Made by a program: the position numbers and the translations under genes. The notes beneath the pieces were generated by a model, which saw nothing but the letters and a program-made list of their open reading frames with translations, had not been told where the DNA came from and did no database searches. Of a DNA stretch of 12,319 nucleotides, positions 1 through 8,509 are shown in pieces. Positions within the stretch are counted from its first letter, which is position 1. Each line of letters starts with the position of its first letter. The stretch comes from Octopus sinensis (taxonomy: Eukaryota), in contig NW_021826631.1 of NCBI RefSeq assembly GCF_006345805.1, positions 1 to 12,319 on the forward strand, read 5' to 3'.

Positions 1-67
1 CAGATACCGCCAACGCGTGAGAAAATATATACAAAGTAATTGCAGTAGTATAATATAACACAAGAGA

Positions 68-86
68 GATAAATAGATAGACAGAT

Positions 87-139
<53 letters not shown>

Positions 140-159
140 CATTGATAGATAGAAAGATT

Positions 160-198
<39 letters not shown>

Positions 199-243
199 TG
201 ATAGATAGATAGATAGATAGATTGATAGATAGATAGATAGATA
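68..243. repeat. (GATA)n microsatellite with occasional GATT variants
   Basis: Directly visible tandem GATA units; abuts the 3' end of the LINE fragment at 241. Confidence 0.97.
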
Positions 244-738
244 TGTTTCTTTATTAGCACACAGGGCTGCACACAGATAGAACAAATTACAAGGTAGAGC
301 TTTTCTTTTGAAGGTTTAAAAAAAAAAAAAAAAAAAAAAGGGAAAGCGGAGTTTCGATCAAAAGGGATCGGAAAAGGAGAGAAAGAGGACAAAAAAAAGG
401 GGGGGTTAAAAAAAAATAAAAAAAAAGGGGGGAGAGGAAAAAAAAATGATCAATAGGGATCGTTATCACAGAAATGTCAATATGAAGTGTAAAGGGGAGG
501 ACAGGTGAGGTTTATCCGTGGAAAGAAAAGCCTACGGAAAAGACCACGGTAACCTCGGTCAATGAAGTCACATTTTTATTTCTTTTTTTTTTTTTTTTTG
601 CAAATAAGCAACTCTCTGTTTTCGATTTCTGGGTTCATAGGACTATGCTCAAGGTGCTTCGTCATTCATACGTGCCATTCTTGCTACATTCACCCATCTT
701 TTTTTAAAACATTCGCTAGACAAAACTTGCCTCTCTAG
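241..738 (-). mobile_element. 5'-truncated 3' end of a non-LTR retrotransposon (L1/Tx1-like): ORF2 C-terminus plus 3' UTR
   Basis: The minus strand reads coding remnant, then a pyrimidine/poly-T-rich 3' UTR, then AATAAA (plus-strand TTTATT near 249-254), then an (ATCT)n run. The 3' ~130 bp recur at 11948-12072. The clade call rests on the F-x-x-R-W motif near the ORF end and is inference. Confidence 0.7.
635..738 (-). pseudogene. Remnant of LINE ORF2 C-terminus
   Basis: 738->649 translates LERQVLSSECFKKRWVNVARMARMNDEAP*. Restoring one base near 655 would give ...EATLSIVL* with TGA at 637-635. F..RW resembles L1/Tx1 ORF2p C-termini. Confidence 0.55.
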
Positions 739-749
739 ATAGATAGATA

Positions 750-907
750 GGCGCAGGAGTGGCTGTGGGTAAGTTGCTTGCTAACCAACCACATGGTTCC
801 GGGTTCAGTCTCACTGCGTGGCATCTTGGGCGAGTGTCTTCTGCTATAGCTCCGGGCCGACCAATGCCTTGTGAGTGGATTTGGACGGAAACTGAAAGAA
901 GCCTGTC

Positions 908-953
<46 letters not shown>

Positions 954-1197
954 CATGTGTGTGTGTGGCGTGTGTGTGTGTGTGTTTGTGTGTCTGTGTT
1001 TGTCCCCCTAGCATTGCTTGACAACCGATGCTGGTGTGTTTACGTCCTCGTACTTAGCGGTCGGCAAAAGAGAGACCGATAGAATAAGTACTGGGCTTAC
1101 AAAGAATAAGTCCCGGGTCGATTTGCTCGACTAAAGGCGGTGCTCCAGCATGGCCGCCGTCAAATGACTGAAACAAGTAGAAGAGTAAAAAAAGAGA
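750..1197 (+). mobile_element. tRNA-derived SINE, family A (octopus-type), with internal (TA)n(TG)n tract
   Basis: A-box-like GTGGCTGTGGGTAAG and B-box-like GGGTTCAGTCTC in the head; internal microsatellite at ~909-985; 3' body ...GGTGCTCCAGCATGGCCG...ATGACTGAAACAAG with A-rich tail. Matches an abundant octopus SINE as I recall it. Confidence 0.85.
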
Positions 1198-1478
1198 GAT
1201 GGTTCTCTGCATATTATATATATATATATGTAGGTATTTATATATATCTAAGAAGGTTCAAAGCCGTATTCCCGTTTTCTTAATCTGTGGCTAGTGTTGT
1301 TTTCAAGGATTAAATATACAATCCGGTTGACAAAACTGACGGTCCCACTGTGACGTCACAACACTCTTTGTTCGTATTTTCAAAAAAGTATTCTTAATAA
1401 CGGCTTAAGTGACTCGTAACGCACTGCGCAAAAGCAGGATTTTTGGTAAACATATAAACTCTTTCAAACACACACATT

Positions 1479-1505
1479 ATGTATGTATGTATGTATGTAT
1501 GTATG

Positions 1506-1570
<65 letters not shown>

Positions 1571-1650
1571 GTCTATCTATGTATGTATGTATCTATCTAT
1601 CTATGTATGTATCTATTTATCTATCTATCTATCTATCTATCTATCTCTCT
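1479..1650. repeat. Compound (TATG)n/(TATC)n microsatellite
   Basis: Direct inspection. Confidence 0.95.
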
Positions 1651-1799
1651 GTCTCTCTGTCTATATCTTCTATGTGAGAGTGTTATGTGTGTGTGTATGT
1701 ATATTTATGTATGTGTTCATCTCCGTTTACTTAACCGAATTAAGATGTCCATTTTGCATATAGAATTTATATGAAATTAAAATGCTTAAAAATTTGAAA

Positions 1800-1961
1800 T
1801 CACACTATATACACATGCAAACACACACACACACACACATGCATATATACTTACGTAATATATACATACACCTCACCACATATATTTATATATATGTATA
1901 CACACACACATATATGTACATATGTTATATATTATATATGTATATATATATGTATATAATA

Positions 1962-2036
<75 letters not shown>

Positions 2037-2150
2037 TATGTACATACATTTACATACATACACGCACACACACACACATAATATAGATAGATATAGATAT
2101 AGATAGATGGATAGATACATGAATACATAAATAAACATGTATATAAATTA
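1800..2150. repeat. Compound (CA)n/(TA)n/(GATA)n low-complexity tract
   Basis: Direct inspection. Confidence 0.93.
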
Positions 2151-2479
2151 TATGTATAGCGTAAATTTTTTTTTTGTTTCTGGCCTCTTTGTGTGTGTGT
2201 GTAGGAATAACTTGCTAGACTTGTGTTAGGTGTCTCGGTCAGTGAGTGCCACCAACCCAATTTGGATTCCTAATTTTCAGCAGATCCAGCTCCAAAGTAA
2301 CATTACATATGTGAGATCCTACTGTATAAATAGCATTGTATTCCCTATTTTTGTCTCCCCACACCTCGTATTACGAAGACCTTGACCGGTTTCCTTCACA
2401 TTAGCCTACTCTCCGGAATCGTTATTCTCTATCGAAACGAAATAATAGCATACAATTGTATTTGTACTATTTAAGTGAA

Positions 2480-2850
2480 TGCATGAGCTGGCTGCCGGGC
2501 TAGTAGGATGGTAGGCGGTCGGGTTGGAAGGCTGACAGTCTGACAGGCTGACAGGAAAATATCTACTTTCACTTTCATATACACTGTATAGAAGTTTTAG
2601 ATCTTAGCAATAGATGCGAGGCTGCTAACGTACGTCCGCACACACGCAAGCGCGCTTCGCCTCTCTTCGCCTCGCCTCGCCTCTGTGTGCCTTCCCTTCT
2701 CTCCCCCACTCCACACACAAGGGACATACACAAGCGTTTTTATTGATTATACACATCATACGTTAGTCTCAAGAGTTTACACGCTAGATATTCGTTTTGC
2801 GAGTTTGTGTGAGAGTGTGCGACTGTAAAAAGCGCATCCACGATTTAGGA
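2480..2850. promoter_or_regulatory. Non-repetitive CpG-rich segment, candidate promoter/enhancer or 5' exon
   Basis: About 20 CpG in ~370 bp against an AT-rich background; three tandem CTGACAG at 2532-2554; CGCCT repeats. Function not demonstrated. Confidence 0.3.
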
Positions 2851-3433
2851 ACCACATGCTGCTGGTGGTTTTTCAATTTGTGTAACGAGAACCCATAAAT
2901 GTAAGGGTAATTAATAGTAAATGTTATGTGCTGGGATTAGTGAAACGTGGGGCTTAGAGCTACAATTTCTAAAAAGGTTCTAAATGCCAGTTATTTAGTA
3001 TTTTTTTTAAAATTGGGAGTGTTTTCAAACAGCCACGTGCTAATACATTTTAGGGCTGGTTTGAGAAACAGGGATAAATATACAAAGGAATAGAATTGTT
3101 ATTATCAGTAACGTTTTCTTGTTGCTTAGAACGTATCCAAACAGTATTGAATTCGATAAGCGCAGAGGAGTCGCGAGTTCGATGACCTCCTTCTCGCTCC
3201 CCGCCACCTCCACACCGTCATCGTTATATTGCTTAGTTTTCAAAGCTCTTCGTGTTTATTGATGGCGCACTGGGATGATGAGATAGGGTTGGGGAACTGC
3301 CTGACCTCTGAGTCTCATTGGGGTGGCCAAGTCTGTTGAGAGGTATCTTTCTCTCAGGAGCGTCACGGACCAGCAGCAGGATTTGAACCGTTAGGTGGAA
3401 AAATTCAGCATTCCTGATTCCCTCCAAGACATA

Positions 3434-3573
3434 ATCATCATCATCATCATCGTCATTATCATCGTCATCTTCATCGTCATCGTCATCGTCATCATCATCG
3501 TCATCATCATCACATCATCATCATCATCATCATCATCATATCATCGTCATCATCACCGTCAAAATCAACATCG

Positions 3574-3618
<45 letters not shown>

Positions 3619-3620
3619 CC
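3434..3620. repeat. (CAT)n trinucleotide repeat with CGT variants
   Basis: Direct inspection; source of the spurious poly-Ile/poly-His ORF. Confidence 0.96.
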
Positions 3621-3681
3621 AGTAGTAATAGCAGCAGTAGCTATATTTTCTAACTGTGAATCAATATGAAACCGATTGTAT

Positions 3682-3761
3682 GACTGGTACTTAGTCCGTC
3701 AAACTCAAGGAGAAAGGAACGCTGGTTAAGTACTTACACTAACAAGATTTGAACACAGAAC
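3682..3761 (-). mobile_element. Highly degenerate fragment of SINE family C
   Basis: ACTGGTACTTA...GAAAGG...ATTTGAACACAGAAC is the reverse complement of family C motifs (GTTCTGAGTTCAAAT, CCTTTC, TAAGTACCAGT) seen at 6278-6350. Confidence 0.5.
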
Positions 3762-3974
3762 ATTCAGAGCTAAACCTGCTGCTTGCCACTTGACCTGTCA
3801 TACTATCGCATCTGCCATTCCAACACACAACATTAGCACGTGTTGGTCACATAAAACTTCTTTACTTCTTTCAATTACAAGCTTATCGTCTCTCCTTCTA
3901 GCCTCAACCTTCAATCACACAGTGCACCTTGACACTTTTATTGTGCACTTAGAAATCATTGTATTTAACTTGCA

Positions 3975-4400
3975 CATATGTTGAGCACACACACACACAC
4001 ACACATACATATGTATACATGCACACACATACACATACATATGTATACATGCACACAAAACCATGCAACAGAATCTGCTTAATCCCATCAAATATACAGG
4101 TTATCGGGGACAATTCAATTTGTGACTGTTACTTAATCTCAGGAAGCAGTAATAAATGCATATTTTGCATCTGTTTCTATACACACTAGTATGTATGCAT
4201 ATAGGCACACGTTTATGTGTGTGCATGCATTTATGTAGTGCGTATGTATACATGTATACATACATTCATATATACACCTGTGTATATATATTGTGTGTAT
4301 ATATATACACGCACACACAAACATATATATATATTAGGTACACACTCATATATCTATATATATGTCTGTCTATGTATCTATCCATATATCTCTCTCCCCC

Positions 4401-4435
<35 letters not shown>

Positions 4436-4593
4436 CATTCATACACATATATATAAATCTACCTATATATGCATGTATGTGTATGCATGTGCGTGTGCAA
4501 GTATGTATGTACTACTCCTTATGCATGTATACACGCATGTATGTATGCATGCATTTTGTCATACATATATGAACACCCACACTCACACAGACA

Positions 4594-4640
<47 letters not shown>

Positions 4641-4690
4641 ATAGGTATGCTTATGTGAATATGTGGTTATACACGCATCTATGTATGTGT
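3975..4690. repeat. Alternating purine-pyrimidine low-complexity region, (CA)/(TA)/(TG)/(TATG) with a (CT)n tract
   Basis: Direct inspection. Confidence 0.9.
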
Positions 4691-5304
4691 CTCTAAGTAA
4701 CGTGCTTTTTATAATATTTAAATCGATGTTGTTTGTTTTGCTTGAAGGAAAGGTGAAATAAAACAAACACACAAGTAAAAGCAAAGGATATGAAGAATAG
4801 ATGCAATCAATCAAAAAAAGAAACAAAAAACTATAAATATATATAAAAATCAATAAACAAATAGTATAAATATGTGCAAAAAATCAATAACCAAAATGTA
4901 TTCTTCGAAGTAAAACAATAGAATCCTAGGAAACTAGTGATGTTCTGTGTTTTGTGCTGGTAAAATATAGGCCTAAAACATATTTCACTGTTTGATTTAT
5001 TCCAAGAACTCTAATGTCACTTTAAAAAAAAAATGATTTCTAATGAGTATTCAACTGAAGTTTAGCGTTCATTCTGTGGAGCTAGTTCACTTAGAATATA
5101 TAGGTCATCGAGGCTCATTCCCCTACATAAAATGTAATCCTAGTGTAACTATGCCTTTAAGGTCCATACTGTGTGGTTGGCTTATTTATGTTTGAAACAT
5201 ATTAGAGATAGTCTGCTTACATTTCTAAAAATAACTCAAGTTTAACCCAGCTTTAATCCTTCTTATTGGGGTTCACTTGGGGCTTAAATATTATTGTTTT
5301 CTTT

Positions 5305-5350
5305 AAGGCAACGAGCTGGAAGAGTCGTTGTTAGCAAGCTGGGTAAAATA
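5305..5350 (+). mobile_element. SINE family C, 5' part (A-box side), interrupted by mariner
   Basis: AAGGCAACGAGCTGGAAGAGTCGTTGTTAGCAAGCTGGGTAAAATA aligns with the uninterrupted copy at 7171-7204 (AGCTGGCAAAATTGTTAACATGCAGGGCAAAATG). Confidence 0.75.
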
Positions 5351-5423
5351 TTGGGTTGTCCGGAAAGTTCGTGCCGATTTCTAATGGAAAGAAAAAGGTC
5401 AATAAATACTCGCCATTACATTT

Positions 5424-5734
5424 TTAATCAACCAAATATGAACCATTTTGTTGCACAATGCGTCTCCACCTTTCCTTTAACTTGAAAATACCCTCTTCCC
5501 ATAACTGAGGTGGTTTCATGGTAAAGAATTCATCAAGGTATCTTTTTACGTCATCCAAGGAATTGAAACTTTTACCATTAAGACTATTCTGCAGAGACCT
5601 GAATAAGTGGAAATCCGAAGGAGCACCATCTGGTGAATATAGAGTGTGGGGTAACACGTCCCAGCCGAGCTGCAGCAATTTTTCTCTGGTTTCCAAAATA
5701 TCAAGTGCCGAAAATGAACTTTCTTATCCTCCAT
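5424..5734 (-). pseudogene. Mariner transposase remnant: 14 N-terminal codons fused out of frame to the C-terminal ~90 codons
   Basis: ATG at 5734 gives MEDKKVHFRHLIFW (mariner N-terminus). A second frame gives ETREKLLQLGWDVLPHTLYSPDGAPSDFHLFRSLQNSLNGK...WRRIVQQNGSYLVD*, containing the degenerate YSPDLAPSD motif with the third catalytic Asp. WVPHEL and the first two catalytic Asp motifs are absent. Confidence 0.92.
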
Positions 5735-5893
5735 TTTAAAGGATTACAGAATTAATACAGGTTATAAGAACATAAATCTTCTTCCACAAAATCATAGCTT
5801 AAACTGTGCTCTAAATGAAGGTGCGGTCAAATCCTATTTTATAGATTCAACCATGTTCTAAAATAAGTCGAAACGTAAGCTACTATAAATCGG

Positions 5894-6214
5894 TGGAGGC
5901 CCAGTGGTTAGGGCAGCGGACTCGCGGTCGTAGGATCGCGGTTTCGATTCCCAGACCGGGCGTTGTGGGTGTTTATTCAGCGAAAACACCTAAAGCTCCA
6001 CGAGGCTCTGGCAGGGGATGGTGGTGAACCCTGCTGTACTCTTTCACCACAACTTTCTCTCACTCTTACTTCCTGTTTCTGTTGTACCTGTAACTACGTT
6101 AGGGTACACGTGTCTGTGGAGTGCTCAGCCACTTACACGTTAATTTCACGAGCAGGCTGTTCCGTTGATCGGATCAACCGGAACCCTCGTCGTCGTAACC
6201 GACGGAGTGCTTCC
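5894..6214 (+). mobile_element. tRNA-derived SINE, family B, inserted in the mariner
   Basis: A-box GGCCCAGTGGTTAGG, B-box GGTTTCGATTCCC; perfect 12-bp TSD ACTATAAATCGG at 5882-5893 and 6215-6226; homologous to 8075-8445 and 12275-12319. Confidence 0.92.
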
Positions 6215-6251
6215 ACTATAAATCGGCACGATTTTTCCTGACAACCCAATA

Positions 6252-6418
6252 CTTTGCGACATTTCGTCAGTATTTCCGTTCTGAGTTCAAATGTCGTCGA
6301 GGTCGACTTTGCCTTTCATTCTTCCGAGGTCAATAAAAGAAATACCAGTTGAGCACTGAGGACGATGTAATCTATTTAACTCTCCCTTGTAATTTCTGGC
6401 CTTGTGCCAAAATTTGAG
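6252..6418 (+). mobile_element. SINE family C, 3' part (B-box and body)
   Basis: GAGTTCAAAT B-box then GAGGTCGACTTTGCCTTTCAT...CTTGTGCCAAAATTTGA, colinear with the copy at 7165-7360. Confidence 0.85.
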
Positions 6419-6974
6419 ATAAATGTTGGTTTTTCTCTGCTCCTTCTACTGTAAACCTTAGATCAAACTTGCCTGTATCCTTCTTAATGGGGCTCAGTTA
6501 TGAACGTTCCTTGACCATTTCCCTGAAAATCCAACATCAATCATGCTTTTATTCTTCAAATATGGCGCTCATTGAAAGTTAAAAGATTTTCGAGGTTGCT
6601 TATCCTATATACTAAAACTGAATACAGCCACAACGGTCTTTACTTAGAGTTTAAGGTTTAAATCTACATCTCGACAAACCGAACGAGAATAACTGATCTG
6701 ATCATGTTTTTACGAGTTTTATAAAGTTGGTTCACTAGAGCTATTTTTCGTGTCACTTCACGATGATACAGACGTTGTAAAATCTCGTTTTTCAATTTTA
6801 TAGTAACAAACTTAATCAACTCCATCGGATATGCATTGGCTCTGGAAAAGAATTTGCAGAGAGTGCAAGCGCACCGAATAAAACTCTTTGGGGAGGAGCA
6901 AGGAAAACGCTCTGAACATCTTAAAAAACTTTCATTGCCCAAACCAACATTACTTTTCCATTATTTGATTTGAT

Positions 6975-6975
<1 letters not shown>

Positions 6976-7011
<36 letters not shown>

Positions 7012-7014
7012 GAT
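6976..7014. repeat. (GAT)n microsatellite
   Basis: Direct inspection. Confidence 0.97.
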
Positions 7015-7164
7015 GTACTTGGAATAAAATCAGATACGTCAACATTTTTAAGAATGAAAATTATTTTAATTCTCTTCAAAGTTCCCAGCTGAGAAAAAAG
7101 TAGCGGGCATGAAATACTTTCCAAAACTGCATGAGACGTGATCCTCGCATAAATATCAGACTTT

Positions 7165-7360
7165 GATGTAAGCTGGCAAAATTGTTAACATGCAGGGCAA
7201 AATGTTTAGCAGTATTTCAGCTGTTCAGATTCCTCCGAGGTCGAGTTTACAATTCATCTTTTCGGTGTCGGTAAATTAAGTAACAGTTGAACACTGGGGT
7301 CGATGTAATCGACTTACCCTCTGCTCCGTAATTGCTGTCCTTGTGCCAAAATTTGAAATC
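7165..7360 (+). mobile_element. SINE family C, uninterrupted but degenerate copy
   Basis: Colinear with 5305-5350 plus 6252-6418; short deletion around the B-box; ends CTTGTGCCAAAATTTGAAATC. Confidence 0.85.
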
Positions 7361-7831
7361 GTTATTACATGTTCTTCATTAATTCAAACCTACTTTAAAT
7401 TATTTAAAAAATGGTGTCGTCAGTATTCTTCTAGAGTTTGGATTACACACAGTATGGTTAATTAAATATTCACTGGAACTCAAGACCTGAAATTGATTGA
7501 TACAGATGTGTCACCCATTTTGCTAAAGCTCAGACATCAATCATGCTCAGTCATTGTTTATATCATCCACATCCACAGAGTTAATTTCAGGAGGCTTCTG
7601 ATGGTCTGTGTTGGCTATGCATCTACACATATATTCACAGGGCCACACGTAACTTTTTGAGGAATTCTTGCAGTTTTCCAAGCATGTGAGTCTCTCTCCT
7701 GCACATTATTTATCTAGAGGAATGTTCACCCGGCTTCGACTGGTACAGTTTAGCAGAAATGTTCTAGCAGACGTTCTCTTTCAAAAAGCAAAGCCATGGA
7801 ACAAATACTGTGACGTATCACGCTAGAATAT

Positions 7832-7963
7832 CTGATATTTTTTTATCGACCAGTAAAAAATGAGCGGCAAAGTTTGACCTGGGCGGGATTTGAATTCAAA
7901 GAGCCAGGAGTCGGAACTCATACCGCGAAGTATTGTATCCAACACTCTGCACAACTCACCGCC
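7832..7963 (-). mobile_element. Degenerate 5' part of a family C-related SINE
   Basis: Minus strand GGCGGTGAGTTG...TGAATTCAAATCCCGCCCAGGTCAAACTTTGCC...GGTCGATAAAAAAATATCAG matches family C motif order. Confidence 0.7.
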
Positions 7964-7971
7964 ATGGAATC

Positions 7972-7990
7972 ATATATATATATATGTAAT

Positions 7991-8053
<63 letters not shown>

Positions 8054-8074
8054 ATGTATGTACGTATGTATGTA
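7972..8074. repeat. (TA)n/(TG)n/(TATG)n compound microsatellite
   Basis: Direct inspection. Confidence 0.95.
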
Positions 8075-8445
8075 TGGAGGCGTAATGGCACAGTGGTTAG
8101 GGATGCGGTCTCGCGGTCATAGAATCGCGGTTTCGATTCCCAGACCGGGTGCTGTGAATGTTTATTGAGCGAAAGCACCTAAAGCTCCACGAGTCTCCGG
8201 CAGGGAGTGGTGCTGAACCCTGCTGTATTCTTTCGCCTGAACTTTCTATCATTCTTTCTTCCTGTTTCTGTTGTACCTGTATTTCAAAGGGCCAACCTTG
8301 TCTCACTCTGCATCACACTGAATTTCTCCGAGAACTACGTTAAGGGTACACGTGTCTGGGGAGTGCTCAGCCACTTACACGTTAATTTCACGAGCAGGCT
8401 GTTCCGTTGATCAGATCATTTGAAACCCTCGTCATCGTTACCGAC
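8075..8445 (+). mobile_element. tRNA-derived SINE, family B (longer form)
   Basis: A-box TGGCACAGTGGTTAGG, B-box GGTTTCGATTCCC; colinear with 5894-6214 but retains an extra 8 bp in the head and an extra 52 bp in the body. Confidence 0.92.
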
Positions 8446-8470
8446 AATGTCACGATATATATATATATAT

Positions 8471-8508
<38 letters not shown>

Positions 8509-8509
<1 letters not shown>

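Larger units (their letters stand above)
5351..6249 (-). mobile_element. Internally deleted mariner (Tc1/mariner, probably mellifera-type) DNA transposon with both TIRs
   Basis: TIRs 5351-5380 (TTGGGTTGTCCGGAAAGTTCGTGCCGATTT) and 6220-6249 match at 27/30 as inverted repeats; TA at 5349-5350 and 6250-6251; transposase N- and C-terminal remnants inside. Subfamily inferred from TIR start TTGGGTTG and FRSLQNSL. Confidence 0.93.

Noticed and set aside
1351-1358. Full CRE palindrome TGACGTCA
   Set aside because: A single 8-mer with no supporting context; not distinguishable from chance.
3379-3389. Minus-strand B-box-like GGTTCAAATCC
   Set aside because: No A-box or SINE body could be aligned around it.
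5894-5960. tRNA-like sequence (also at 750-830 and 8075-8150)
   Set aside because: A and B boxes are present but acceptor and anticodon stems do not close, and each continues into a repeated body; these are SINE heads, not tRNA genes.
5287-6438. Possible TSD of the outer C SINE (AAATATTATTGTTTTCTT vs AAATGTTGGTTTTTCTC)
   Set aside because: Too many mismatches in low-complexity sequence.
6804-6968. Possible plus-strand exon after TTTTATAG (TNLINSIGYALALEKNLQRVQAHRIKLFGR...) and the overlapping minus-strand 92-aa ORF at 6664-6942
   Set aside because: No branch point, no recognisable family, and both are short enough to arise by chance.
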